A stretch of DNA of 64,000 nt from a virus (Duplodnaviria; Caudoviricetes). Shown in pieces: positions 1 through 9,036 of the stretch. Every line of letters begins with the position of its first letter. Positions within the stretch are counted from its first letter, which is position 1. The stretch lies in the IMG/VR virus record IMGVR_UViG_3300037047_000246. One strand, 5' to 3'. Under the pieces are notes generated by a model. That model saw only the letters and a program-made list of their open reading frames with translations, was not told where the DNA came from and ran no database searches. The translations under genes were made by a program, and so were the position numbers.

Positions 1-210
1 CTCGGCGTAGTTGGAGCCGACTTGCACGACGCATCCGAGCCATTCCTGCGGTGGCTCTTGCTCCTCGTCTTCGTCTTCGTCTTCGTCCGATTCGCTGCGC
101 ACCCAGTACCAGCGGCCCACAGCTGGCTCGGCCGAGCTGTCGCCTGGCATTTCGTCGGCTTGCGCCGCAGCCACATGAACGATTTCGGACTTGTCTTTGG
201 GGTCAGTCAT
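1..210 (-). CDS. hypothetical protein, 5' part only (runs off the left edge)
   Basis: Open frame from ATG 210: MTDPKDKSEIVHV...VGRWYWVRSESDEDEDEDEEQEPPQEWLGCVVQVGSNYAE; not in the ORF track; explains the (ttcgtc)n repeat. Confidence 0.6.
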   Translation of the reverse strand, partial: MTDPKDKSEIVHVAAAQADEMPGDSSAEPAVGRWYWVRSESDEDEDEDEEQEPPQEWLGCVVQVGSNYAE

Positions 211-260
211 CAGGGGGAGCCTACAGCGCGAGCTCCATGATTTCCGTCATTCTTCCGCGA

Positions 261-794
261 TCATTCTTCCATGATTGACCAGACCGCTACCGTGGCGTCA
301 GACAAACCCTCGATCGAAGAGAACTGAGGATTCTCGTCCGGGGTCCAATATACCATGCCCTGCGGCGAAAGCCGCAGCTTGCCCGACCACTCGACTTGCA
401 TCTCTTGTCTGGCCGGGAACGGCAGGCGCGCTCTTGCGTCAGCCACGGCCCGGCGGAACGCGCCGAACCATTCGGAAGCGGCCTGGTCCAAAGTCGGGTT
501 GTCGACTGCCAGCCGCACGCCTGCACCGGTCTCGAGGTAGGTGTTGCCAGAGTCACATATGAGGCTTACGCCAATGACCATGTCTCCATCTAGCGGCAGA
601 TCGAACTCTTCGAGGTGCCGCAGCGAGTCGGCGGCGTTGGCCACTTCCATGCATCTGTTAACATAAATCTCGGTTCTGGCTGGGGCCAGCTTGCGCCCCA
701 TGGCGACGGCTTTGCCCTCGGCGTTGCGCCTGGAGGCCGGCCGGGCTTGCAACTTGAACGCCTCGCTTATCCAACGCGCCGTCGCAGACTTCAT
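261..794 (-). CDS. hypothetical protein with C-terminal tag (IMEE)
   Basis: ATGA overlap with the Dam stop; ends ...TVAVWSIMEE. Confidence 0.7.
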   Translation of the reverse strand: MKSATARWISEAFKLQARPASRRNAEGKAVAMGRKLAPARTEIYVNRCMEVANAADSLRHLEEFDLPLDGDMVIGVSLICDSGNTYLETGAGVRLAVDNPTLDQAASEWFGAFRRAVADARARLPFPARQEMQVEWSGKLRLSPQGMVYWTPDENPQFSSIEGLSDATVAVWSIMEE

Positions 795-1627
795 TGGCAC
801 TCCGCGCAGTTGCTCACAAGGATCTCTGGCACAGATGTGCGTTTGTCTGGCCTACCCACACTGCGTGTGCCGGTGACCACCTCTACTTCAAAATCGCAAA
901 ACCACGCCGCATTGCCTGCCGCCGAGGAGTTAGACAAAACCTGTGCGACTCCGGCGCCGTCCAAACGTTTAAATGTCTCGACGAGCCTCAGGTGGTCTGA
1001 TGCAGCAAAGCCGCCAGACGTGTACTGGGTGAAGTTGGCTGTATTGGAAATAGGCAAGTATGGGGGGTCGTAGTAGACGGCGTCGCCAGGTCCTGCGTCA
1101 GTGCAAATGTTCTCGAAATCCGACTCGGCCAGCTCGGCCATCTGCAAAGCTTCCGAGCAGGCCCTCAAGTTGGCTTCGTCGCATGTCACCGGGTTTTCGT
1201 ACCGGCCGAAGGGCGTGTTGAACTGGCCTTTGCTGTTGACTCTGTGCAGGCCATTAAAACACGTTTTGTTCAAATAGATGGTGCGGGCAGCGCGCACCAC
1301 CGGAGTCATCTTGTCCGGGTCCGCCCGCCTGATGTCCAAGAAGGATTCGCGGTCATATTTATACTGCGACTGGCGCAACTCGCGCACCAGGTCATCGACT
1401 TGGTCTCGCACCGCCTGGAAAGCATTCATCAGCTCTGGACATTTATCGCCGATGACCGCGCGCTCAAATCGGCGCGTCCTCGCGAGTTCAAAAAAGACTG
1501 CGCCTCCGCCCAGAAACGGCTCGTAGTAAGTGCCGATGCGGGCCGGAAGCTTGGCCAGGATGCGTGACGCCAGGCGGCCCTTGCCTCCACACCATTTCAA
1601 GAACGGCCTTGTATGGGTATTCGACAT
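791..1627 (-). CDS. dam: Dam-family (D12 class) DNA N6-adenine methyltransferase
   Basis: PFLKWCGGK, YYEPFLGGGAVF (SAM binding), YLNKTCFNGLHRVN, YYDPPY catalytic motif; TATCGT 6 nt upstream of ATG 1627. Confidence 0.93.
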   Translation of the reverse strand: MSNTHTRPFLKWCGGKGRLASRILAKLPARIGTYYEPFLGGGAVFFELARTRRFERAVIGDKCPELMNAFQAVRDQVDDLVRELRQSQYKYDRESFLDIRRADPDKMTPVVRAARTIYLNKTCFNGLHRVNSKGQFNTPFGRYENPVTCDEANLRACSEALQMAELAESDFENICTDAGPGDAVYYDPPYLPISNTANFTQYTSGGFAASDHLRLVETFKRLDGAGVAQVLSNSSAAGNAAWFCDFEVEVVTGTRSVGRPDKRTSVPEILVSNCAECQ

Positions 1628-1691
1628 TGTTTTACGATACACCCCTTCGCAATCATTCGTCATACGGCAGACGAGCTGACCGACCTTAGAG

Positions 1692-2192
1692 TTATGTCTT
1701 CGCTATATCATCAGTTGATGAGTCTAAGAATTCCATCAGCGCGTCTCTGGTCATGGCGCCGTCTACGCGGTCCAACTGCACTTGTTGATACTCCATTCCG
1801 CACGCAGTGATGAGATGTGCGTCCAGCTCTCGTCGATATGCCTCGTCGAACACTACGCGGCGAATGCCGGAATTCACCAGCATTTTGAAGCAGTTGTAGC
1901 ATGGTGACAGCGTCACGTACGCGGTGGCGCCGTCGATGCAGGTACCATGTTTGGCAGCTTGCGCCACAGCGTTGATTTCTGCGTGGATCGTCCGCTGACA
2001 TCCGCCGTCAGGCCCGATCTCGCAACCTACATCTAAACAGTGCGGTTGACCGCGAATCGAGCCCGCATAGCCAGTCGACAGGATGGCCCTATCCCGGACT
2101 ATGACGCACCCGACTTGTTTGCGATTGCAGGTCGATCGCTCAGCGACGTTGCGGGCGATCGACAGGAAATATTCGTCCCAGCTCTTGCGCAT
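1692..2192 (-). CDS. dCMP deaminase (cytidine/deoxycytidylate deaminase family)
   Basis: WDEYFLSIA, STCNRKQVGCVIV, IHAEINA and TLSPCYNC Zn motifs. Confidence 0.93.
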   Translation of the reverse strand: MRKSWDEYFLSIARNVAERSTCNRKQVGCVIVRDRAILSTGYAGSIRGQPHCLDVGCEIGPDGGCQRTIHAEINAVAQAAKHGTCIDGATAYVTLSPCYNCFKMLVNSGIRRVVFDEAYRRELDAHLITACGMEYQQVQLDRVDGAMTRDALMEFLDSSTDDIAKT

Positions 2193-2277
2193 GGGACTAA
2201 GTTACATCTGCAGTGCCAGTGTTCAGGCTAAAGTGAGGTATCGGGCCTCTATCGGATTGCAGTCTGAACCTTCTGCA

Positions 2278-4239
2278 CTAAGCGGCCGTGTCTTTGCGGC
2301 GACGGCCACCAAGGTTGTTGGCCATGCGATCCGTCAGTATTGAGTCTTCGCTGAAGAGGCCGAGCATCGACATGGTGAGCGCAGCGGGAGAACGCAACTG
2401 CTCTTCGACGTCGTTGCGGCCCCAATTGGGGTCCCCCATGAAATGTTCAGAATGTGCAACCCGGGCCACCATGACCTCGCCGTACACTTCTTCAACAATG
2501 GCGTCTACCTTTTCGCCAGGCTTTGCTGGGTACATGTCTCGCCAGTATTTCTTGACCTCGGCCATGACTGTGTGATCGCGCGCCAGCTGAATTACGCCAG
2601 TCGGATGGTCTTTATTAGGTTTTACCCAAGAAGCGGCGTACGCCCGCTTGTTTTCCCCGTTGATATCAGCACACGTCACCCATTCGTATTCCGGCAGCCC
2701 GCACAGACTGGGCATTTTGACCGCTTCGACTCCGGTCTTGGTCGTCGGCTCACGCGCTGCGATGATGGGACGGTCCGCTCTGGGTTCGAACACCTCAGTG
2801 GTTTTCTTCGGGCAGGCGAGCGACGGCTGTGCTGCTTTGCCTGCGCTGCCTCTGCCCACCTGCGGCCCCTCTGCCAGAACTACCTGACCGCGCAGCGTTG
2901 TATTGATGTTGAAAGGGCCACCTTTTCTATGCACGTAGCGCACAACTGTCCAGCGCTTCGAAAACTCGCTTGCCAGCCTTTTGCGCCATTTGCCATCATC
3001 TAGAGTACCAGTATGCTCCGGCGTGGCAACGTTCATTGCGTCGCTGATAGCTTGCGGCATGTTTTCCGCAAACTCTTGCCCCCATTCGGCCCACGGCAGC
3101 GGTTCACCTGCCCGTTTTGTGCCTTGAACCTTCAGCGTGCTGCGGGCGCTGTCAGGGTATACGCCGTACGTGTCTGGCCCGCTCAGAGGCGGTTTGGCAA
3201 CAAGTGTCAGATTATCCCTCACCATCTTGTGGGTGACGCCAAAGCTGCGAAACTGTGCTGGATGCTGCTGCGTGTCGTACAACTCCGACTGATACAAAGC
3301 AGTGATGTACCCCTTTTCGTATCCATACGAGTGGACGCCGGGCCTCTCGCCCTTCCACAAATACCACTCGATTATGGTGCCGTCGCGCAGCGTTACGGAT
3401 CCCACTTCGATTTTCTTGACATTGGTTGACGTGTCGCCTCTCGCGCGCACTTGCCACACCAGATACTGAGCCCCGCGCACTTGCCGGCGATTCCATCGGC
3501 GGTCGCTTGTGCCTGACGCATCGGCCAGACTCCGCGGCCATCTGGCTCTTTTGTCCTTGCCGCACCTGAGCTCCTGCACCCAAATCTCAGTGTTGCCAGG
3601 CAAGTCCCAAAATCTCTTATTCAAATAAACGGTGATCGCCTTTTCGCCGTCTTCGCCGTCTCTGCCCAAAAACGTGTCTTCTGTTCCGTTGTTGCCAAGA
3701 CACACGACCACAGTGCCGTGGTCCTGAATCCACTTCGGCTTGACGTCTGACCACTCGGCGAATGGCTTAACTACGCTGTCATAAGTCGAGTCGCCGTTGC
3801 CATTGATCGTCTCGAACTTTTTCGCTCCGTACTCCTTGGAGACGGGGTCATACATGAGCCACACCATGGCGCCGTCCGGGCAAGCAGGGGTCCAAGATAT
3901 GACAACGACGCCGGCGCGATTCCACGGCAGCAGCGACGTCTTGGCACCGATGCCGAAGTTTTCATGCGCATCTCCGATAGGCTTACCTCCGCCGCCGAAA
4001 GTGTTCAAAAATTTCAGCAGGTCGTCCGGATCCATGCCTTTGCCGTTGTCAGCAACCATGAGCCTATACACGTCTCGGCGCGAGACGGCCTGCCACTCAG
4101 GGCCGAATTCCACCCGGGTAGCTCCGGCCTCCAAAGAGTTGCGCAGCAGTTCGCGCAGATACTGGCGCGGACTGCTTTCTTTGTAGGCACGCTCCACTAG
4201 GTGATGAACGCTAGTTACGACCATCGGCGTCAATGACAT
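2278..4239 (-). CDS. GHKL (Hsp90/MORC-like) ATPase domain protein
   Basis: Bergerat motifs ELLRNSLEAGA, VADNGKGM, NFGIGAK near the N-terminus; the C-terminal ~400 aa is unassigned; GGAGG RBS. Confidence 0.8.
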   Translation of the reverse strand: MSLTPMVVTSVHHLVERAYKESSPRQYLRELLRNSLEAGATRVEFGPEWQAVSRRDVYRLMVADNGKGMDPDDLLKFLNTFGGGGKPIGDAHENFGIGAKTSLLPWNRAGVVVISWTPACPDGAMVWLMYDPVSKEYGAKKFETINGNGDSTYDSVVKPFAEWSDVKPKWIQDHGTVVVCLGNNGTEDTFLGRDGEDGEKAITVYLNKRFWDLPGNTEIWVQELRCGKDKRARWPRSLADASGTSDRRWNRRQVRGAQYLVWQVRARGDTSTNVKKIEVGSVTLRDGTIIEWYLWKGERPGVHSYGYEKGYITALYQSELYDTQQHPAQFRSFGVTHKMVRDNLTLVAKPPLSGPDTYGVYPDSARSTLKVQGTKRAGEPLPWAEWGQEFAENMPQAISDAMNVATPEHTGTLDDGKWRKRLASEFSKRWTVVRYVHRKGGPFNINTTLRGQVVLAEGPQVGRGSAGKAAQPSLACPKKTTEVFEPRADRPIIAAREPTTKTGVEAVKMPSLCGLPEYEWVTCADINGENKRAYAASWVKPNKDHPTGVIQLARDHTVMAEVKKYWRDMYPAKPGEKVDAIVEEVYGEVMVARVAHSEHFMGDPNWGRNDVEEQLRSPAALTMSMLGLFSEDSILTDRMANNLGGRRRKDTAA

Positions 4240-4360
4240 GCTGACCCTCCAACCTCAGTGTTTTACACTGCACAAGACCGGTACACTCTGGCCTGCCGCA
4301 TTTACGTCGTCCCTCTCCGTCTGACTGAAGTCAGCAGTACTATGCGCAGAGAAGGTCCTG

Positions 4361-4585
4361 TCACGACTCCTGCACGTCCATGACGTCCATTATGCTGCGC
4401 GCATTGTCCCTGAAATACTCCAAATCGTCGATCCTCTGTTTAAGATCTTCAATTTCGCCAAGCTTTTTTCTGAGATCTCCGATTTGGCCGATGAGACTGG
4501 CAATCTTAGCTTGCATTGACCGTACGGCGCGTCCAGAAGCACGCCGTACGACTGCTGATTTTTTGCGCGTCGTCCGTTTCTTCAC
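4361..4585 (-). CDS. small coiled-coil protein with C-terminal tag (VQES)
   Basis: Heptad pattern IASLIGQIGDLRKKLGEIEDLKQRIDDLE; GTG start. Confidence 0.65.
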   Translation of the reverse strand: MKKRTTRKKSAVVRRASGRAVRSMQAKIASLIGQIGDLRKKLGEIEDLKQRIDDLEYFRDNARSIMDVMDVQES

Positions 4586-4703
4586 ACGACCACCATGCCA
4601 GTTTGGGTGAGTGCCTAAACTCCTGCACGTAAAACGACTACCTTATTCATGCATCTGCATACTTATGACTTAGTGTGGTTTACGCATTGCACACTGGACA
4701 TAG

Positions 4704-5147
4704 TTAACTTCCCATCACTTCCTCGGCGACCTTGCTGGTCAGCCGCTCGAAGTCCACAGACCTCTCCAGCAAGTTCCACAGCGGCTCGGCGGCGCATTCC
4801 ATCAGGAAAGACTCATATCTCCATCGCTGGTCTGTCCGGTTATGCTCGTCATATCTTGGCTCCAAGCGGCCGAGCTCTTTCTTGGTCTGACGCAGTGACA
4901 CCGTCATCATCACTATATTGCCGTACAGCTCCGGCAGCACAGTGCAGTGTGCTTGCGCCAAAATTCCGCTACTGCCTTGCCACGGCACGTGTTTCTCCGC
5001 TGAGAAGGTGACGGTAAACACGTCAGAATTGGATCCTGCGCCGTGCACGAACACGTTGAACGGGCAGTTGTCTACTGTGCTGGCGAGGCGCTTGAAGTCT
5101 TCGTCCATGCACGACACGACACTGCTTTTGAGGCGCCGGAAGTTCAC
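4704..5147 (-). CDS. hypothetical protein with C-terminal tag (VMGS)
   Basis: GTGA overlap with the upstream stop at 5144; ends KVAEEVMGS. Confidence 0.65.
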   Translation of the reverse strand: MNFRRLKSSVVSCMDEDFKRLASTVDNCPFNVFVHGAGSNSDVFTVTFSAEKHVPWQGSSGILAQAHCTVLPELYGNIVMMTVSLRQTKKELGRLEPRYDEHNRTDQRWRYESFLMECAAEPLWNLLERSVDFERLTSKVAEEVMGS

Positions 5148-5755
5148 GTCGCGCACCCATTCAAAGCCCCGACTGCTATCTGGTGTCGCCAGTCCATCGT
5201 GGCTGGGACACTGAGCGCGCAGCGCGAACACACAACGCAGTTGCCATTGTCTGCCCACTCGTGTCGGGTCTGCTTCTTGTTCAAAACCTTGGCTGGGCTC
5301 GCCACCCGCCAGCAGCTCTTGCCGACTGTGTGGTGTGCGGCGTACTGTGCGACGACTTCAGATGTCACCCTCCACATTTTCCCTATCTTCTTGCCTGGCA
5401 GGCGCCCTTCCCGCAACATCTTGACCATGGTCTGCGCGCATAGCCCGAGACGCTTTGCAGCCTCGGCTGCGCTCAGTCCGGCCTCAGTCTGCCGCGGCGC
5501 TACACGCAGCCCTGCGAAATTGCCTTCTGGCTGCAATCCAGCCATGGCCGCAAGCATTGCCTTAGCAGCCCAAGCCGTGCGGGCTGCTGCCGGCATGAGT
5601 CGCTTCACAGTGGGCAGAACCTCTTGTTCCCAGCCTGGCTTGGCCGCGACTGCGCGGCGCTGCATGCCCAGCAGGTTTCCGTGAAGCAGGTTTGCGTCTT
5701 TGACCGCTGCAGCCACCTGCTTGCGCAGCTTTGCGGCTCCGCGGCTCGTCTTCAT
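5144..5755 (-). CDS. excisionase/MerR-like helix-turn-helix (HTH_17) protein
   Basis: LSAAEAAKRLGLCAQTMVKMLREGRLPGKKIGKMWRVT. Confidence 0.75.
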   Translation of the reverse strand: MKTSRGAAKLRKQVAAAVKDANLLHGNLLGMQRRAVAAKPGWEQEVLPTVKRLMPAAARTAWAAKAMLAAMAGLQPEGNFAGLRVAPRQTEAGLSAAEAAKRLGLCAQTMVKMLREGRLPGKKIGKMWRVTSEVVAQYAAHHTVGKSCWRVASPAKVLNKKQTRHEWADNGNCVVCSRCALSVPATMDWRHQIAVGALNGCAT

Positions 5756-6159
5756 GAGTCCTGCACCTGCCTGGTCACCAGATCCTGCAAAAACTGCTGG
5801 AGCAGTTTTTTGGATGGGTTCTTCATGTACTTGATTGAACTCCCACCCTGCTGGATTGCTTCAAGCTGCACTTGTTCGGACGGCTGCTTGATGAACCGCA
5901 CAGCGGTCCAGTTTTGCTTGACTGCTGCAAGCTGTACTTGTTCGGACGGCTTATTGATGAACTGGATTGAGAAGCCGTTCTGTCGGACTGCCGCGAGCTG
6001 GACCTTTTCGGACGGGTTCTCGATGAACTGAGTCGCCTCACTGTTCTGCCGGACTGCTGTAAGCTGAAATATCTCTGAACACAGACCGAGCGCGCAGCGC
6101 AGACCTGACTCGAATGCTTCTTCAGGAGTCAGCCCGTGCTCTTGCAGCAGCTCTTTCAT
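5752..6159 (-). CDS. DUF4116-like 22-aa repeat protein with C-terminal tag (VQDS)
   Basis: 3-4 copies of PSEqVQLaAVrQNgxsIqFI; matching 66-bp DNA periodicity (ttcggacgg...gatgaac). Confidence 0.75.
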   Translation of the reverse strand: MKELLQEHGLTPEEAFESGLRCALGLCSEIFQLTAVRQNSEATQFIENPSEKVQLAAVRQNGFSIQFINKPSEQVQLAAVKQNWTAVRFIKQPSEQVQLEAIQQGGSSIKYMKNPSKKLLQQFLQDLVTRQVQDS

Positions 6160-6278
6160 GAGTCATGAACCTTCCGCAGGATGCACCGGGATTCGGGACA
6201 CTCCGGATCGTGGCAGAATTCGATCACTCCGCCCGCTCCGATCGAATACGAATGGCCGACAGGCACGTTCTCAGTCAT
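6156..6278 (-). CDS. 40-aa Cys/His peptide with C-terminal tag (VHDS)
   Basis: MTENVPVGHSYSIGAGGVIEFCHDPECPESRCILRKVHDS; ATGA overlap with the next gene; below the ORF-track length cutoff. Confidence 0.55.
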   Translation of the reverse strand: MTENVPVGHSYSIGAGGVIEFCHDPECPESRCILRKVHDS

Positions 6279-6365
6279 GATGATGTGCAGCGTCAAAGCA
6301 GACCCCGCGGAGCACGGATTGTGATGCGTATCGGGTGGGCAATCTTGATCATGTGACCGGGGGTT

Positions 6366-6602
6366 TCAAGACTGCATGATTCGGCGCACGAGCTGCCGAT
6401 TGCAATCAGAGTACACTTGGTCTCGCTTCAAATCTGCTGGCTGCGGCTTCCACCCGACGCAATCGCGCGGGTCTGTGTCGTCCGGCGCCGCCACTCGGCA
6501 CTCGGCGCCGCACTGGGTGCATCGCCAAATGAGCACGCACTTGCGCCGCTTTTTGCGCCACCCGATGCGATGGCGCGCCATCTGCCAGTCGTGGTTGAGC
6601 AT
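6366..6602 (-). CDS. Zn-ribbon protein with C-terminal tag (IMQS)
   Basis: WRCTQCG...DCNRQLVRRIMQS; start uncertain. Confidence 0.65.
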   Translation of the reverse strand: MLNHDWQMARHRIGWRKKRRKCVLIWRCTQCGAECRVAAPDDTDPRDCVGWKPQPADLKRDQVYSDCNRQLVRRIMQS

Positions 6603-6638
6603 GATTGGCGCTACTTCGTGCTGGCGGCGATTTCCGGC

Positions 6639-6902
6639 TCATATTGAGTGGATGTACATCACGAGAGCTTCCTCGTACGTAATTGGTACGATTGAATCTA
6701 AACTGTGCATTGCTCGCCACTGCGTAGCGCAGTCCTTGCACAGCGCATTAGGGCGCATAACCAGACTACCAAACCTCCCATCAATCGGTAGAAGTGTGCG
6801 CCACCATTCGACGGCAGGCTTACCGCATCGTTCTCCTTCCAGTTCAGGCCCCTCTACCAGAAGAATGACGCAACATCTGTCTGTGGGTAATCTTGCAATC
6901 AT
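6639..6902 (-). CDS. small Zn-binding family protein with tag (IHSI)
   Basis: RCGKPA...LCKDC...PITYEEALVMYIHSI. Confidence 0.65.
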   Translation of the reverse strand: MIARLPTDRCCVILLVEGPELEGERCGKPAVEWWRTLLPIDGRFGSLVMRPNALCKDCATQWRAMHSLDSIVPITYEEALVMYIHSI

Positions 6903-6946
6903 TCAGTGATGCTCGTGTGGTCGCTAGTCGGTCTTGCGCTTGGACT

Positions 6947-7177
6947 TCATATGTCTTTTCCCATGCCCCATCCGGACTTGAACTCTTCGAACTCCTGCTC
7001 AGTGCCGCCGCCGGAGACTTCGAAAGCTTCGCGGATTTCGGCGTCCTCAGGGTCGTCTGAAAGAACAGAATCGCGGCGAATGCGGCAGAATGCGCAAGAG
7101 CAAAGCTCAGACCGAACTTCCATCAGTATCTTGCCAAGCTCGTTGCGGCCTTCGCCACCGACCTGCCCCCAAAGGTG
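6947..7177 (-). pseudogene. NADAR family protein, detached C-terminal part
   Basis: HLWGQVGGEGRNELGKILMEVRSEL is the canonical NADAR C-terminal WG..G.N.LG..LM..R motif; joins in frame to 7970-8311 if 7178-8311 is flipped. Confidence 0.85.
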
Positions 7178-7232
7178 GTGAGTCGTGAGGCAGCTTGTAA
7201 AACTCTGACTTGAAATTGGTACTGTTGGCAGA

Positions 7233-7541
7233 ATGAACAGAGATTGCACCAAAGGAATTGCTGGCTGTAAGTGCGCAGCTGGCTTCAAGCCAGAAGAGCA
7301 GTGCCCGGAGTGCCGGGAGGACGGAAGAAGGTATTCATACTGCATGTGTCCGCCAGATTTCGAACACGAGCGTCCTGTTAACACGGCCTCGGCCTCTGTC
7401 GAGGACAAATTGGCCGCTGCCAAAAGTTCGCTGCTTGAATTGTCTGAATACTCTGGTCCGCTGGCCGTTGAGCTTAGGGCCCGCAAAGTCATGCTGATAA
7501 AATCCCTCGAAATACTGATGAAACATCCTGAGAGCAAGTGA
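7233..7541 (+). CDS. Cys-rich hypothetical protein
   Basis: CTKGIAGCKC, CPEC, YCMCPPD; lies inside the inversion. Confidence 0.6.
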   Translation: MNRDCTKGIAGCKCAAGFKPEEQCPECREDGRRYSYCMCPPDFEHERPVNTASASVEDKLAAAKSSLLELSEYSGPLAVELRARKVMLIKSLEILMKHPESK

Positions 7542-7583
7542 GCGTGCCCCAAACTGAGCGCATGCCGGAAAGTAGAGTCCGGC

Positions 7584-7808
7584 ATGCGCTCATTTGTCGC
7601 CATTTTTATGCTCTTGGCAGGGTGCGGATCGCAAGACTCCCGACCTGCTTACACTTGCATGAAGGCACTCGACGCGTCTCGATGCGGCAGACACACCGCG
7701 TGGGAATGCACTCACGGCGTGGTGCCGGACGGCTGCACAGAAGCTGACTTGGGGCATCTTGAAGGATACGATTGGGTGGTGTGCTGCCCGCCAGGGCAGA
7801 CGCCGTGA
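7584..7808 (+). CDS. small Cys-rich lipoprotein
   Basis: MRSFVAIFMLLAG-C lipobox. Confidence 0.65.
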   Translation: MRSFVAIFMLLAGCGSQDSRPAYTCMKALDASRCGRHTAWECTHGVVPDGCTEADLGHLEGYDWVVCCPPGQTP

Positions 7809-7969
7809 CAAATCGCGTCTCAGCTGCTTTCTCTGATTGTAAACTTGCTGACACCTGAACGGTCTAACATGGGCGCGACTCTGCCTGCGGCGGAAATCTG
7901 TGCAGGTCCCGAGTACGAGGCACAAGCGAAGTTTTAACCCGGTGCCGGTTGCGGCCGGTCAGGTGACTC

Positions 7970-8311
7970 ATGACCACGATCGATTCTTTCAGCGGAGAGT
8001 TTGAATTTCTGTCGAATTTTTACCCGTGCCAGGTCATGTTTGACGGCGTGGTGTGGAAAAGCGTGGAGCATGCGTACCAAGCAGCCAAGACAGACAGCTG
8101 CAAAGAGCGCACCGCAATCTACGGAGCGACGTCGCCAGCCAGAGCCAAACGGCTTGGCGCAAAAGTGCGCCTGCGCAAGGGGTGGGATCAGCTCAGGTTA
8201 GGCGTGATGAAAGAACTTGTCCGAGACAAGTTTGTGCGCAGTGCCGAGCTGCGGCAAAAACTTATCTACACCCAGCACGCGCAGCTTGTGGAAGGTAACA
8301 CATGGGGCGAC
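7970..8311 (+). pseudogene. NADAR family protein, N-terminal part
   Basis: FLSNFY, SVEHAYQAAK, AKRLG, VMKELVRDKF, LVEGNTWGD; homology stops at 8311 and the track ORF continues into unrelated sequence. Confidence 0.88.
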
Positions 8312-8501
8312 AGGTTACTAGCACGGCGGGGCGGACTTCGTACTGGCTCTCCTGCAGTCCGTTCACGTCGCACAACTCTGCGATGAACTCGTTGGCGGCT
8401 TGCTCGGTATTGAACATCGTAGTTTCCTCACCAGTCCCGCATGTGCATGCCGAGTGCTCGTCGTCGCCCTTGAACCACACAATGAATCCAGGAATCTCCA
8501 T
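8312..8501 (-). pseudogene. hypothetical protein whose 3' end was displaced by the inversion
   Basis: ...YEVRPAVLVT; after re-inversion it reads TGT GAG TCG TGA = CES*. Confidence 0.65.
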
Positions 8502-8531
8502 GTCACCCCTCCCCTCGGACCTGGAAGCACA

Positions 8532-8723
8532 TCATATGGTCATCACATGCTTGACACATTGCTCGTCGCAAAACAAGACTCCATTGAGCTGCCATAGACG
8601 GCTGTCCGTGTTCGGGTCAGAGCAATTGGTGATCACTGCAGCTGCACAATTCCGGCACTGCCACAGTCGCCAGTTTCCATACTTGGTGTCACCACTCATT
8701 CTGACGATCCAGTTGTGCAACAT
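8532..8723 (-). CDS. Zn-ribbon protein with tag (VMTI)
   Basis: WQCRNC...FCDEQCVKHVMTI. Confidence 0.6.
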   Translation of the reverse strand: MLHNWIVRMSGDTKYGNWRLWQCRNCAAAVITNCSDPNTDSRLWQLNGVLFCDEQCVKHVMTI

Positions 8724-9036
8724 TTATTTGCACATCTCAGCTTGCTCCGGGGCCGTGCGATCCGATATGCAGCATAACACAGATGTGATCAGCATTCGGT
8801 TTTGTTCTGTTTCCAGCGGCGCAAGAAGCGTCTGTCAGGGCGGCTTCCCTCGTGCACTCCGCCGTGCCCAGCGAGCCGCCGGCAGACGTAGCCTAGATGC
8901 TCCGCCCCGCATTGGTCGTCGCCCGCATAAGGCGGCTTGCCCAGCCGGACGCGGTCCTTGACCTCTTTGGCCGATCGCTTGGCCGAAGCCCGGCAGCGGG
9001 TCGCGTGCTTGATCTGATTTGTCTTCTTGCGCGTTT

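Larger units (their letters stand above)
7178..8311. other. 1134-bp inverted segment
   Basis: Genes inside are on + while both flanks are on -; breakpoints share only a 2-bp GT/AC core; re-inversion restores two ORFs. Confidence 0.85.
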
